DNA of 62,175 nt, filler included, from an uncultured Methanosarcinales archaeon (GTDB lineage Archaea > Nanobdellota > Nanobdellia > Woesearchaeales > CAIVOO01), in NCBI GenBank assembly GCA_964485195.1. It is 7 parts of 7 records of this genome, joined end to end, with 100 filler letters (N's around TTAATTAATTAA, not from the genome) between each part and the next. Parts side by side here need not be neighbours in the genome. Positions count along the whole stretch, not along the records: positions 1 to 20,894 come from CAZAIK010000011.1; 6 more parts are not named here. One strand, given 5' to 3'. This document shows, one piece after another, positions 1-10,200 of the stretch (the stretch's first letter is position 1; each line of letters opens with the position of its first letter). Under the pieces are notes generated by a model. The model searched no databases. It was not told the origin of the DNA and saw only the letters and a program-made list of their open reading frames with translations. A program made the position numbers and the translations under genes.

Positions 1-85
1 TCTATGTTTATAATCATTTTACCATATTCTTTTTATTTTCCTGTTTTTATATTTTGCTAAGTTTAATGGCTTTTAACACGAATAG

Positions 86-1774
86 CTATCTTTTAGAATG
101 CTCCTGCTTTAATGACTTCCTGTTCTTCAGGTCCTCTATGTGCTTGACCTTTGTTTTTATTATCCCTTTTTCCCTGAGGTTTTCCACGATGTAGGAGGCG
201 TGCTCCCCCCCAAGGAAATGAGGCATTATCACATAGTCCGCTCCCTTGTTGTAAAGCTCCAGCGCCTCGTTGATTGACGTTGCAGTCACGAATATTATTG
301 CTTTCTTGCTGGCTTCCCTCACCTTCGTTATCAGCCTTATGTTTGCCCTGTGGTCGGGGATTGTGGATATGAAAAGCTTGGGCCTTTTGAGGTTTATGTT
401 CTTTATTATTTCAGGGTCGTCAAAGTCGCCGTAGAGGCAGTTTATCCTCTGGCTGGCAAGGTCGTGTATCACTTCAGGGTTGAAGTCAACAACAAGGAAT
501 TTGTACTTTAATTTCTTGAATGTTTTCAGGATGCTGTAGCCCACCCTGTCGCACCCGAAAAGGACCGCGTCAAAGTGGTCTTCGGGCTTGTGTGACAATT
601 CGTATATCTTTTTCTTCCTTATTTCGAATATCGACAGGGGCTTATCCAAGCGAGCATATATCTCTTTGGAATATTTTATGAAATACGTGGTTGTTACTAG
701 GGTTATTGCAGTTATTATGGTAACAATTGACAGGGAGTTCTGGTCAAGCATTCCCACAATAAACGCTTGCGTGGCAAAAATAAGGGAGAACTCGCTCGCC
801 TGACCAATTGATATTCCTGTAAGGAAAGAAACCTTTTTCCCAAAGCCAATAAGCCCCATTATGATAACTACAACAAGAGGATTCCCAAAAATCACAAAAA
901 GTGTGAGTAGGACTATTGGCGCAAAAGCTGCCGAGGGCAAGGAAGGGACGATAATCATTCCCAGGGAGACAAAGAAGATTATTGTGAAAAAGTCTCTTAT
1001 AGGCTTAACCCTTGAAATAATCTCAAGCCTGTAATCGAGCTGGGCAAGGGTAACTCCCGCTACAAATGCCCCTATAGCTATTCCGAACCCTAATAGGTTG
1101 GCGAAAATGGAAACCAAAAAAAGCCAGGCAACGGTAGACGCGAACAAGAGCTCCTGCGACCGTGCTGCCAATTTGAAAATATAAGGGATTATGAAGAAGG
1201 ATGCGAAAAGGGTAGTTGAAAGAAGCAGTATGCCCTTTGTTAAAGAAGATACTATCAGGAGAGACGTTACACCATTTGTCTGAAGAAAAGAAAGGGCAAG
1301 TATGGCTGCTATGTCTTGCACTAGCAGTATTCCAACTGCAATCCTGCCATGCAAAGTTTCAAGTTCGCCCTTGTCTGAAAGCAGCTTTACAACAACCATT
1401 GTGCTGCTTGAAGTTATTGCAAAGGCTATTATCAGCGATACCAGGGGGCTGAAGAAGAAGAGGCAGATAAAATAGCTGATGATCAGGGTGAACACCACCT
1501 GTCCGACGCCTGCAAACATTATGGGCTTTCCCAGTTTTTTAAGGTTTCCCAGGTTCATTTCAAGCCCAACAATAAAAAGAAAGAATGCAATTCCTATCTC
1601 AGCAAGGGTGGTTATCACATCAGCGTTGCTGATTAGCTTGAATCCTACAGGCCCTATGGCTATCCCTCCAAGGAGGTAAGCGAGTATCAGAGGCTGCTTC
1701 AGGAACCTCGCAAAGTAAGCAATAAATGTGGCTACTATTATGACAAGCCCGATATCGTAGAAAATGTTGTCCAT
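86..1774 (-). CDS. CPA2-family cation:proton antiporter (Kef-type) with C-terminal TrkA-N/KTN domain
   Basis: Many TM segments, GIAFFLFIVGLE and LLVQD motifs, C-terminal Rossmann-like GCDRVG...LYGD. Confidence 0.9.
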   Translation of the reverse strand: MDNIFYDIGLVIIVATFIAYFARFLKQPLILAYLLGGIAIGPVGFKLISNADVITTLAEIGIAFFLFIVGLEMNLGNLKKLGKPIMFAGVGQVVFTLIISYFICLFFFSPLVSLIIAFAITSSSTMVVVKLLSDKGELETLHGRIAVGILLVQDIAAILALSFLQTNGVTSLLIVSSLTKGILLLSTTLFASFFIIPYIFKLAARSQELLFASTVAWLFLVSIFANLLGFGIAIGAFVAGVTLAQLDYRLEIISRVKPIRDFFTIIFFVSLGMIIVPSLPSAAFAPIVLLTLFVIFGNPLVVVIIMGLIGFGKKVSFLTGISIGQASEFSLIFATQAFIVGMLDQNSLSIVTIITAITLVTTTYFIKYSKEIYARLDKPLSIFEIRKKKIYELSHKPEDHFDAVLFGCDRVGYSILKTFKKLKYKFLVVDFNPEVIHDLASQRINCLYGDFDDPEIIKNINLKRPKLFISTIPDHRANIRLITKVREASKKAIIFVTATSINEALELYNKGADYVIMPHFLGGEHASYIVENLREKGIIKTKVKHIEDLKNRKSLKQEHSKR

Positions 1775-1840
1775 AATTTGTTATTTTTGATTTTACATTT
1801 TTAAAGGTTTTGATGAATCACTATAGACATTACAATGTAA

Positions 1841-1984
1841 ATTCACCCTATCTTTGAGGTAGAAGATGAAAAATTCAGGGGATCAATCAACAGATTAAAA
1901 ACAGACTTCAGTGAAATAGATGATTTTGAGATTTTAAGGGTTTATTCTGTGGATAAATTGGTTTATTTGCCTGTTATTCCCTGA
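1841..1984 (+). pseudogene. Possible C-terminal remnant of an Lrp/AsnC-like regulator
   Basis: Start-less frame IHPIFEVEDEKFRGSINRLKTDFSEIDDFEILRVYSVDKLVYLPVIP* preceded by an in-frame TAA; resemblance judged by eye only. Confidence 0.3.
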
Positions 1985-2122
1985 TCAAAAACCTCGCTGC
2001 TTTGTTTCCAGACTAGGTTAAAATAATCTCTTTGGAAGCTTTTTCAATACATTAAAGATATTGTTAACTTATTGAATAAAAATAGCAAAGTTTAAATATA
2101 TTAAAATTAGTTTCAATAGAAA

Positions 2123-2674
2123 ATGCTGGAGAAATATGCTTTAATACGAGCTGTAGATGCATTGATTTCTGAAAATAGAGAGCTAACTATGCTTGAATTA
2201 TCAAGAACAGCAAAAACAAGCATAGGAATGACAAAATTAATCCTGGATTACCTTCTGGAAAAGGGGTTGGTTGAAAAAAGACAGATAAACAAAAAGTCAG
2301 CGCTGTTTATAATTTCAGATAATTTCCTGTCAAAACAAATAAAGATACTGAAAATCCTTATAGAAATTCACCAATCAGAATTAATAGATGAACTAAAAAC
2401 AATACATAAAAATAACCTGCTTTCTGTTATTCTATTTGGTTCTTGTGCAGATGGAAGTTATGACAAAAGCAGTGATATCGATTTGCTTATAATAACAAGG
2501 AAAAAAGCAAAACATAAAATTCTTAAATCACAATCAAAATTGAGCAGGGAATTGAATATTTTATTATATACTTTAAGTGAATGGAAAGATAAGGCAAAAA
2601 AAGACCCGGTTTTTTATGAAAAAATCATATTAAATAGCATCACCTTATACGGGGAAAAACCAGTTGTAAATTAA
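2123..2674 (+). CDS. wHTH + minimal nucleotidyltransferase (MNT), putative antitoxin
   Basis: LFGSCADG...SDIDLLII Pol-beta NTase motif; N-terminal HTH; adjacent to HEPN gene. Confidence 0.85.
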   Translation: MLEKYALIRAVDALISENRELTMLELSRTAKTSIGMTKLILDYLLEKGLVEKRQINKKSALFIISDNFLSKQIKILKILIEIHQSELIDELKTIHKNNLLSVILFGSCADGSYDKSSDIDLLIITRKKAKHKILKSQSKLSRELNILLYTLSEWKDKAKKDPVFYEKIILNSITLYGEKPVVN

Positions 2675-2676
2675 AA

Positions 2677-3105
2677 ATGAATGAAATAGAAAAACTAATC
2701 AGGGAAGAACAGTTAAAAAAGGACAAATCCGACATTAGAAAAGCAAAAAGGTCTGTAGAAACTGCTGAATTTTTCATAGAAAAAGCCAAAAAACTTTTCG
2801 ATTTGAAAATATTTGACCTTTCTTTAGTAGAATCCTATTCTGCAATGTTTCATTCAGCAAGAGCTCTTTTATTTAGAGACGGCTTTAAAGAAAGAACTCA
2901 TTACGCAGTTTATGCTTATATCAAAAACAAATACAAAGACAATATACCTTTCAAGTTCATAAATGAATTGAATTCCTTAAGGCTGGAAAGGCACGAGTTT
3001 TTCTACAACATTGAAAAAAGAAATGAGATTGAGGAGGTTGAAGCTGAATCTGCATTGCAAGTAGCAGGAGAATTTATAAAAGTTGCAAAAAATTTATTAG
3101 GATAA
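2677..3105 (+). CDS. HEPN domain protein (UPF0332-like), putative toxin
   Basis: YSAMFHSARALL...ERTH...LRLERHEFFY pattern; starts 2 nt after the MNT stop. Confidence 0.85.
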   Translation: MNEIEKLIREEQLKKDKSDIRKAKRSVETAEFFIEKAKKLFDLKIFDLSLVESYSAMFHSARALLFRDGFKERTHYAVYAYIKNKYKDNIPFKFINELNSLRLERHEFFYNIEKRNEIEEVEAESALQVAGEFIKVAKNLLG

Positions 3106-3933
3106 TCAATGCTTCCTAATCAAATAAAACAGCTCATTCTCATACTCAACAACTTCATAGAAATATCCAAGCCTTCTGCACATCTGCTCAACCCATCCCC
3201 TGTAAGGGTGCCTCATTCTCTTGCCTGACAGTGTTCTTGTGGAAAAGCTTGCAACCACCCATCTGCAGGGCAGCTGCCTGATTAATTTTTCAGCCAGCTT
3301 GTGGCCTTTTTCCAGCTCAATGGAGTCAAGAACCTTGAAAAGGAAGCAAATGTCTGCTTTTGGCAGTTTCAGCTTTTTTGTTTTCGCCTCTCTTAAGTTC
3401 AGAAGGTTTGCTTTTCCGTTGATTTTTCTTTTTTTGAAGAAATCATTCACTATTTCAACAACAATGGAGTTAATGTCATAAGCGTAATACTTCGGCTTTG
3501 TTTTCAGGTATTTGTAAGAGAGGGGATTGAGGCCGCACCCCAGATCAAGTATTTTATAGGGATATCCTGTTATGTGGAATATCCTCTGGTATAACTCAGA
3601 ATAAGTCTCCAGCCTTCCCCTTGTTGACTCGTGCTTTTTCAGCAGTTCCTCTGCGCTTGTTATTTTTGTCGGCTTCAGGAAAACACCAGCGCTTTTCCTC
3701 AGGGTTTCCCTTGTTTTCTTGATTATTTCCTTATAGTGTTTTGACTTTCTGGCCCTTTCATAATCCTTGGCAGAGGAAAAAAAATTAATTGTCTTTCTGT
3801 TTTTTTCAATATAACCTATTAATTCGGCTTTTACAAAAGAGTCCATTATTCCGGAAAGCTCTTTCTTGTCCTTGACGTCAGAAACCAGCTGCTTGATAAG
3901 ATTGTCAGGAATGTTATTGCTGTTTATCCTCAT
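3106..3933 (-). CDS. FmrO/ArmA/Rmt-family 16S rRNA (guanine-N7) methyltransferase homologue
   Basis: Ordered motifs HESTRGR, ILDLGCGLNPL, YYAYDI, FLFKVL, VASFSTRTLSG and NELFY match the ArmA/RmtB/Sgm motif series. Confidence 0.85.
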   Translation of the reverse strand: MRINSNNIPDNLIKQLVSDVKDKKELSGIMDSFVKAELIGYIEKNRKTINFFSSAKDYERARKSKHYKEIIKKTRETLRKSAGVFLKPTKITSAEELLKKHESTRGRLETYSELYQRIFHITGYPYKILDLGCGLNPLSYKYLKTKPKYYAYDINSIVVEIVNDFFKKRKINGKANLLNLREAKTKKLKLPKADICFLFKVLDSIELEKGHKLAEKLIRQLPCRWVVASFSTRTLSGKRMRHPYRGWVEQMCRRLGYFYEVVEYENELFYLIRKH

Positions 3934-3964
3934 TCAATCAGGAATGGTTATTGTTTTTATAAAG

Positions 3965-4357
3965 CTAACCCAGTCTGGAAAGGGGCTTTCTCTCTGAGAA
4001 ATCCTCATCCATTCCCTTCCAGTATTTTATGCGCTTGTCCCCTATCTGCCAGCAGAGGATTACCGGCCTGTTCTTGTGGACTGCGTAAAAGTTTATTGCG
4101 CCCCTGTCAATGTCCTCAAGGGCCGCGCCTTTTTTTGTAAGTGTCTGCAGTTCCGAGAAAAGCTTGAAGCACAACTGGTGAAATTTCTTGTTGAAGGAAA
4201 CCTCATTGGAGATGTCCTCAAAGTCATCATAATAGGAAATTTCTATCTCACTCAAGACCTCTATGGCCTTGTTGAGTTTCATGATTTTTAGAAGTCTTCT
4301 TCGCACTTCAGGTATGAGCTTTTGTGCCTCCTCAAGCGAGATATACTTTCGTTTCAT
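3965..4357 (-). CDS. DUF2203 family protein
   Basis: SLEEAQKLIP N-terminus; DIDRGAINF...LCWQIGDKRIKYW...FSERKPL C-terminus. Confidence 0.8.
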   Translation of the reverse strand: MKRKYISLEEAQKLIPEVRRRLLKIMKLNKAIEVLSEIEISYYDDFEDISNEVSFNKKFHQLCFKLFSELQTLTKKGAALEDIDRGAINFYAVHKNRPVILCWQIGDKRIKYWKGMDEDFSERKPLSRLG

Positions 4358-4447
4358 CTATCCTCCTGGACAAGACCAACAATTATTTAAATGTTTTGAA
4401 AGGTTAAACTTTTAAATAGTTTTCCAGAAAGGGATTTCCGTCGGGGA

Positions 4448-5233
4448 TTAACTTTTTATCTTGTCCAGTGCCTTTTTAGTTTTTAAAGAATCCCCGAAGG
4501 GGTCGGGGCTTTCATTGATAATCCTTATTGAGATGTTGTGTTTTACCAATGCCTTAATTATCTCCTTTATTTCAGGTTCTTTTGTGAGAACGTGCCTTCT
4601 TTCTCCTTTTTCCCCGTATTCTATGCCTGAAAAATGGGCTGTTTTGTGCTTTACCTGCTTGATCTTTTTGCACACCAAATTTAAGTTGATTTTCCCTTTG
4701 TTTCTTGCCTTTAAATGGGCAAAATCAATGCATGTTCCGCAGCCGGTTTCTTTTGAAAGCTTTATCAGCTCTTCCAGGGTTCCGAACTGGCTTTTCTTTC
4801 CCGTGGTTTCAGGGCAAAGAATTACATTCCACTTGTTTTTCCTTATTGTTTCTTGCATATCAAGAACAGCTTCCTTCACTTTTTCATACACTCCCTCAGC
4901 AGAATCCTTGTGATAATAAGCAGGGTGGAATATGACATATTGTGCCTTCAGATGGTGCGCCCTTTCGCAGGAATCCAGTATTCTTTTCTTGCTTGACTTT
5001 ATCTTTTCCTTTTCAGCAGAGTTAAGGTTTATCCAGTAAGGGGCGTGCACGCTCAGGGAAATCCCCATCTTTTTTGCCTTTTCCCCTATCTTTTCAGCTT
5101 CCTCATTGTTCATACTGACGCCGTAGACAAACTCTATTTCCATTGCCTTCAATCCAAGCTCCTTGCATTTTTCCAGCGCATTTATGCTCCCCATTCCCGA
5201 GGCGCCGGCCGGTCCCAGAAGTATTTCTGCCAT
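4448..5233 (-). CDS. nfo: Endonuclease IV (AP endonuclease 2, TIM barrel); start reassigned to ATG 5233
   Basis: SVHAPYWINL, FHPAYY, ETTGKKSQFG, CIDFAHL, HFSGIEY...H, ESP motifs. Confidence 0.9.
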   Translation of the reverse strand: MAEILLGPAGASGMGSINALEKCKELGLKAMEIEFVYGVSMNNEEAEKIGEKAKKMGISLSVHAPYWINLNSAEKEKIKSSKKRILDSCERAHHLKAQYVIFHPAYYHKDSAEGVYEKVKEAVLDMQETIRKNKWNVILCPETTGKKSQFGTLEELIKLSKETGCGTCIDFAHLKARNKGKINLNLVCKKIKQVKHKTAHFSGIEYGEKGERRHVLTKEPEIKEIIKALVKHNISIRIINESPDPFGDSLKTKKALDKIKS

Positions 5234-5314
5234 GATGTGGATTTGGAGTACGAGTTTAAAAGATTTCTGAAAGAATAAACAAAGATTTTTAAATAACAAG
5301 ACAAATAATCAGCC

Positions 5315-5545
5315 ATGGTAAGAAGGTACAGGCATCCCTATTATGAGGGGGCTGAAGGAGGCATTGCAAAGATTCTTGGCATACTTTTTGTCCTTATTGG
5401 AATATACGCTTTGCTGGACTGGTACGGAATATTTTCCATAAGCGCAATCACAGAGGTTTATGTTCTTGTGGGGTGCGCCATAGGCTCAATTCTCGGCGGA
5501 TTGTACATGCTTGGCAGAAGCTCAAGAAACCCTTACAGGTATTAA
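5315..5545 (+). CDS. Small two-TM membrane protein
   Basis: Two hydrophobic helices; TATA-like TTTTTAAATA upstream. Confidence 0.65.
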   Translation: MVRRYRHPYYEGAEGGIAKILGILFVLIGIYALLDWYGIFSISAITEVYVLVGCAIGSILGGLYMLGRSSRNPYRY

Positions 5546-5946
5546 TCGTAGTCTGTTCTTCCGAACTCGCCGTCCCCATTTGCATCCGGGCCGTAAATAA
5601 CCTCGCCTGCCCTCGGACCCCTGTGTTCCAGTTTTGGGTTGAGCTCCCTCACGATTGTTTCGCACGCGCGCAGGTTTTCCTCCAGGCCTTCTGCAGCGCA
5701 CATTCCGTGAACTGTTTCGCTGGTCCCGTGTTTCCTGAAATCCTTCATTACGTGTTTTGCAACCGGGATTTGCCTCATTTTCCTTAATTCAGCATCGTTC
5801 TGGCTGTAATAAGTAAGGGCAACAAGGCCGCCTATCATAGCGAGACCTGTTGCAACTGCAGCTATTTCAGAAGTTACCTCTCTAAAAAGGGATTTCCTTG
5901 CTGGTTCCTGATTCCTTAGATATCGTTTTTTGCTGAAATCTTTCAT
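5542..5946 (-). CDS. Single-TM hypothetical protein, possible LysM-like domain
   Basis: TM helix then ETVHGMC...IVRELNPKL...RAGEVIYGPD. Confidence 0.5.
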   Translation of the reverse strand: MKDFSKKRYLRNQEPARKSLFREVTSEIAAVATGLAMIGGLVALTYYSQNDAELRKMRQIPVAKHVMKDFRKHGTSETVHGMCAAEGLEENLRACETIVRELNPKLEHRGPRAGEVIYGPDANGDGEFGRTDYD

Positions 5947-5948
5947 TT

Positions 5949-6227
5949 TTACTTCTTGTATTCTGCGTTAGCTCCCCGCTTTTTGAAATATTCATTGCAT
6001 AATTCTGCAATTTTATCATCTGGACTTAGGGACTTTGATTCGCATCTTAAACCTACAAATCTCGTGTCTTGTTCTGTCCATTCTGCAGGAGCCTTTTCCA
6101 ATAGTTGGCTTATGCGGTACTTATCATGCTCTTTTGAGATCCCGATAGCGCTGCCTGTAACCAGTGCCAGAACCCCAAGGGAGCATATACCATTTGCTAT
6201 TTCTCTTTTTATTGACATTTCTTTCAC
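5949..6227 (-). CDS. Single-TM hypothetical protein
   Basis: ORF with N-terminal hydrophobic helix, closely spaced with the next gene. Confidence 0.55.
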   Translation of the reverse strand: MKEMSIKREIANGICSLGVLALVTGSAIGISKEHDKYRISQLLEKAPAEWTEQDTRFVGLRCESKSLSPDDKIAELCNEYFKKRGANAEYKK

Positions 6228-6309
6228 CTCGTTACCACTCCATAGTTACAACGTATATATAAAGCTTTCGAAATATAAATAAAATACAGCATTATTTACA
6301 ATATAGAAA

Positions 6310-6441
6310 TTATTGTTTCTTTTTCAGCTCTTTTTCCAGGGATTCCTCTACTATTTCCTTAATGGTCTTGTCCTGCACAGCACACACTACCTTGAGCTTC
6401 TTGTGAAGCTCTTCAGGCAGCTGTATGTTTACCCTGGTCAC
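6310..6441 (-). CDS. 43-aa ribbon-helix-helix protein (ParG/CopG-like), not in ORF track
   Basis: GTG start; MTRVNIQLPEELHKKLKVVCAVQDKTIKEIVEESLEKELKKKQ; begins 4 nt after the MinD/ParA stop. Confidence 0.8.
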   Translation of the reverse strand: MTRVNIQLPEELHKKLKVVCAVQDKTIKEIVEESLEKELKKKQ

Positions 6442-6445
6442 TTTT

Positions 6446-7252
6446 TTATCCCTTCCTGTTCTCCTTCAAAACAGTCCTGTTAATGTCCACCTTGGAAAAA
6501 TTGTCTTTCGCGACTAACTTCCTTATCCTGCTCCACACCCTTGCGTCTCTGTACTGCTCCCCTGCAAGCGTGGCAGCTAATTGGTTGTACTCAACTGCAA
6601 CATCCCTTTTTGGGGCGAACGCGACAACAGGCATTGTTTCAGCAACTGAGTTAAGCACTTTCTCGTCCTCCCGCATTACCCCTATCACAGGTGTTTCAGA
6701 GGCCTCCTCAATTTCCCCTACTGTCAGTTCATACTCCCTGTTTCTCACCCTGTTAAGCACGATTCCTGTTATTGGGACATTCTTTTCCCTGGCAACCTTC
6801 ACTGCCCTCAAAGTGCAGCTCAAGGTGGGATAGTCAGGAGAGCTCACCACTATCAGCTCGTCAGAAGCGGCCATAGTGGCAGCCATCTCCTCATTAAGGT
6901 TAGGGGAAGAATCAATGACTATGAAATCATACACGTTCCTTAAAACACTTATCTTCCTTTTAAGCCTTAAAGGATCTATCTTCTTTCCCACAAGCTTGGC
7001 GGGGATTATGTCAAAGCCGTGCTCAAGATTATGGATGGCGGACTGCGCATTAATCTTCCCGCTCATAACCTCGTGAAGGGTGTTTTCCCTGTTCACCACG
7101 CCAAGGTGCAGGCCAAGGTTTGGTGCGCTGAAGTTCGCGTCAATTGCCAGCACTTTTTTGCCCTGCCCTGCGAGCGCAGATGCAAGGTTTGCAACAAGGG
7201 TTGTCTTGCCAACCCCGCCCTTTATGGATATGACTCCCACTATTTTTCCCAT
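6446..7252 (-). CDS. minD: MinD/ParA family ATPase
   Basis: Deviant Walker A KGGVGKTT, IDAN, VIDSSP, VLNRV. Confidence 0.88.
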   Translation of the reverse strand: MGKIVGVISIKGGVGKTTLVANLASALAGQGKKVLAIDANFSAPNLGLHLGVVNRENTLHEVMSGKINAQSAIHNLEHGFDIIPAKLVGKKIDPLRLKRKISVLRNVYDFIVIDSSPNLNEEMAATMAASDELIVVSSPDYPTLSCTLRAVKVAREKNVPITGIVLNRVRNREYELTVGEIEEASETPVIGVMREDEKVLNSVAETMPVVAFAPKRDVAVEYNQLAATLAGEQYRDARVWSRIRKLVAKDNFSKVDINRTVLKENRKG

Positions 7253-10200
7253 TATTTATACACCTCTTTCAGTTCGTTAAGCATTTCCTCTCTTTTTGAG
7301 ACTTTTTTTGTCCTGGCAGGCCCTGCATTTCCTTTTTTGGGCTGTTTTGTTTTCTCTTCCCCCTGGAAAATGACATTTTCCTCGGCAGGCCTTGCCGCCC
7401 TTCTTGTGCCGTCCTCATTGACAGGTATTATCTCGTCCCTGCGCTTTCTTTTGAATGCAATGTGCCTTGCAGAATAATACAGTCCTGCTATTGCTGCAGC
7501 CGCGACAAGCAGGGCGAAGCCCGGAAGAATCAGCCGGCTGTAATCATAACTTCCCAGGAATGCTGCTGCCTTTCCAACATAAGGAAAAGAGAGTTTCCTG
7601 GCCATTGCCAAAACTGCTATTGCGGATACAACAGCAACAGTATATCTTAATATGATCTTGTTCTTGCCTATGAACCTTACGACCTTTACTTTCACTTCTG
7701 GTTTTTTCTTACTTTTTTTCCTCTTCTTTTTCAGGAAGCTTTCCCTGAACAGCTGTTTTTTCCTGGAAACCCTGAAGCCTTTGCCCACATTCCTCAATAA
7801 GGCGTAAAGGAATGAGAATGGGGCTGTTAATTTTTTGTATAATCTCCTTTTTCTTTTTCCCGCGCCTGACTGTGCTTTCCTGTGCCTCTCCATTCTGGAA
7901 AGAAGCTCTGAGAAATAAACCTTCTGCACAGGCCCTGCTGCTGATGTCCTCCTTCCCTTGTGTTTTTTCGGCTTTGGAATCAAAAGCACCAGCATTATTG
8001 CCAGGGCAACCAGCCCGAGTATTATTATTCCTGAATGTCCCTCCTCCCCGAACCGGACAAGCTCCAGCCCTATGAAAGAGACAGGCTTTTCCTCAGCAGG
8101 CACTTCCTCCTCTTCAGCAGGCACTTCCTCAACTTCCGGCTCCTCTTCAGGCTCTTCCTCTTCCACATACCGGGCAGGGGCCACGCTGCTGCCTTTCTTT
8201 TTAGAAGGCACCGCTTCTTCAGCTTCCTCCTCTGCCTCAGTTGTTGCAGTGTCATTAACCCACGTCGTGTTGACATTCCCGTTATGGTCTGCGGTCCTTG
8301 TCTGTATCTCATAAGCTGTTTCCGGGCTTAATCCTGTGGCAAGGTAATAATTTACAGTTACATTTGCATAAAATGCATTGTCAATCCAGACTTCTGTGTG
8401 ATTGAAGTCATAGTCAGAGGGGTTTGTCCATTCCCACCTGATAGTTGAAGTGGTTACCTGCGTTTCATTCAGGTTTGTAGCAATTCCCGGAGCCACAGTG
8501 TCGTTAGTTATCAGGACAGTGTCATTCGTTGTTAATGTCTGCCTTCCAGCTGCAGAGCAGGTAACATTCCATTTGTAGGTTCCGTTAACTGCGAATGTCC
8601 TGTTGTATTCATAAATCTGGTAGGTACTGTTGTAGCTCATAACATTGTCTGAGTCTGTGAAGTTTATTGAGCAGGTTGCGACTGTAATGGGAGTGCCGCT
8701 AACCCTGTTGGTGTAATTCGCGAAAAACCTTGTTTCCTGCCCGTCATACCTCACCTGGTTTCCGAACAATACCCCTGAGTCGGTCTCGTCCCATATTCCC
8801 AGCCTGGCATTTCCCTGCGTGACATACGAGGTGAAATGGGAAACATTGAAGACAAGAGTTCCTGTTGATGAGTTGTAATTTATGATTGTGCATTCGTCTG
8901 ACGTGCAAGCTTCCCCGTCCTTGTAAATTACAGGAGTTGCGTCCCAGCTGAGATTCCTCATTGTTATGGTGGCGCTGGAATTGAAAGTATTGTTAAGACC
9001 AAAAGTAACAGTAACGTTATTGTAGCTTAAAGTCACAAAACTGTCAAAGTCTGCACCCACTGCGTTGACGCAGTCGTTCCACACTATCTTGTTGGTGCCT
9101 GGGTTGTCAAGCACTGCCTCCCCGTCGCAGACATTGCTCAGGTCGGGAAGGTCAGACCAGTTTGTGGTGTTTCCTGAGTAAAATGTTTCATTGTAAACCG
9201 GCACTGCGGACGTGTTGACTATCAACGTCCGGTTGGGGCTGGTTGTAATGTTTTCCGAGTCAGAAGCCTTGCACGACCAGTAATAAATGTCATCAGCCAT
9301 TCCTGTGACTGTAAAGTTGCTGTGGTTTGTAGTCCCGCCCACCTGAGATGTCTGGTTCAGTATTCCGTTGACATAAAGCGAGATGTTCTGCAGTGAGATG
9401 TCATCAGCGGCAGAGCAGTTGAAATAGACCTTTCCGTCCCCGTCAACAGAATTGTTCCCAGGAATCAGTTGCTCCACTGAAAGGTCCAGGGGCCGTGTGG
9501 TGAAATTGTAAACTCCGGAAGTGTTGCAGTTGCCGTAAACATCGCAGCTGGAAACATTATAGTAATACAAGGTGCTGTTTTGGAGGCTTGTTAGCAGGAT
9601 GTAATGATTTTTTGAAAAAGTGGTATTGTATGATTCATTGCCAAATGAAGTTGTAGTTCCATAGCTCACCGTGCTGTTTGAATCCTCGTCAGTATCCCAC
9701 ACTATTTCAGCCTCAAATATGCCTATGGTGCCATTGGTGACGTTCTCTATCACAGGAGGCAGGGTGTCGTTAATGTTAAACGCGCGGGTTTCACTGGAGG
9801 AGGAAAGCTCTCCGTCAGTGCAGTCAACTCTCCACAGATAGCTGCCTGGGGACACGTTAATGTAGAAGTTTGTTATTGTACTGTTCTGCACAGAGGCGTT
9901 TGTCTGGTTCAGATTGCTATTAATGTATAAACTGCAGTTTAATGAAGTGCTCAAACTGTCCACAGCAGTGAAGTTGAGAGTGGCATTGTTTGTGTTGTTG
10001 AACTGCGAATTGTTCGCAGGGCTGTTCAGGATTATGGCAGGCGGCGTGTTGGTCTGGTTTGTGGTGAAATTGTAAACTCCTGAAGTGTTGCAGTTGCCGT
10101 AAATGTCACAGCTTGTGACATTGTAATAATAAAATGTGTTGTTTGTTAATCCTGTTATGTTCACGAAATGGCTGAGCGCTATTGTTGAATTGCTCATTGT

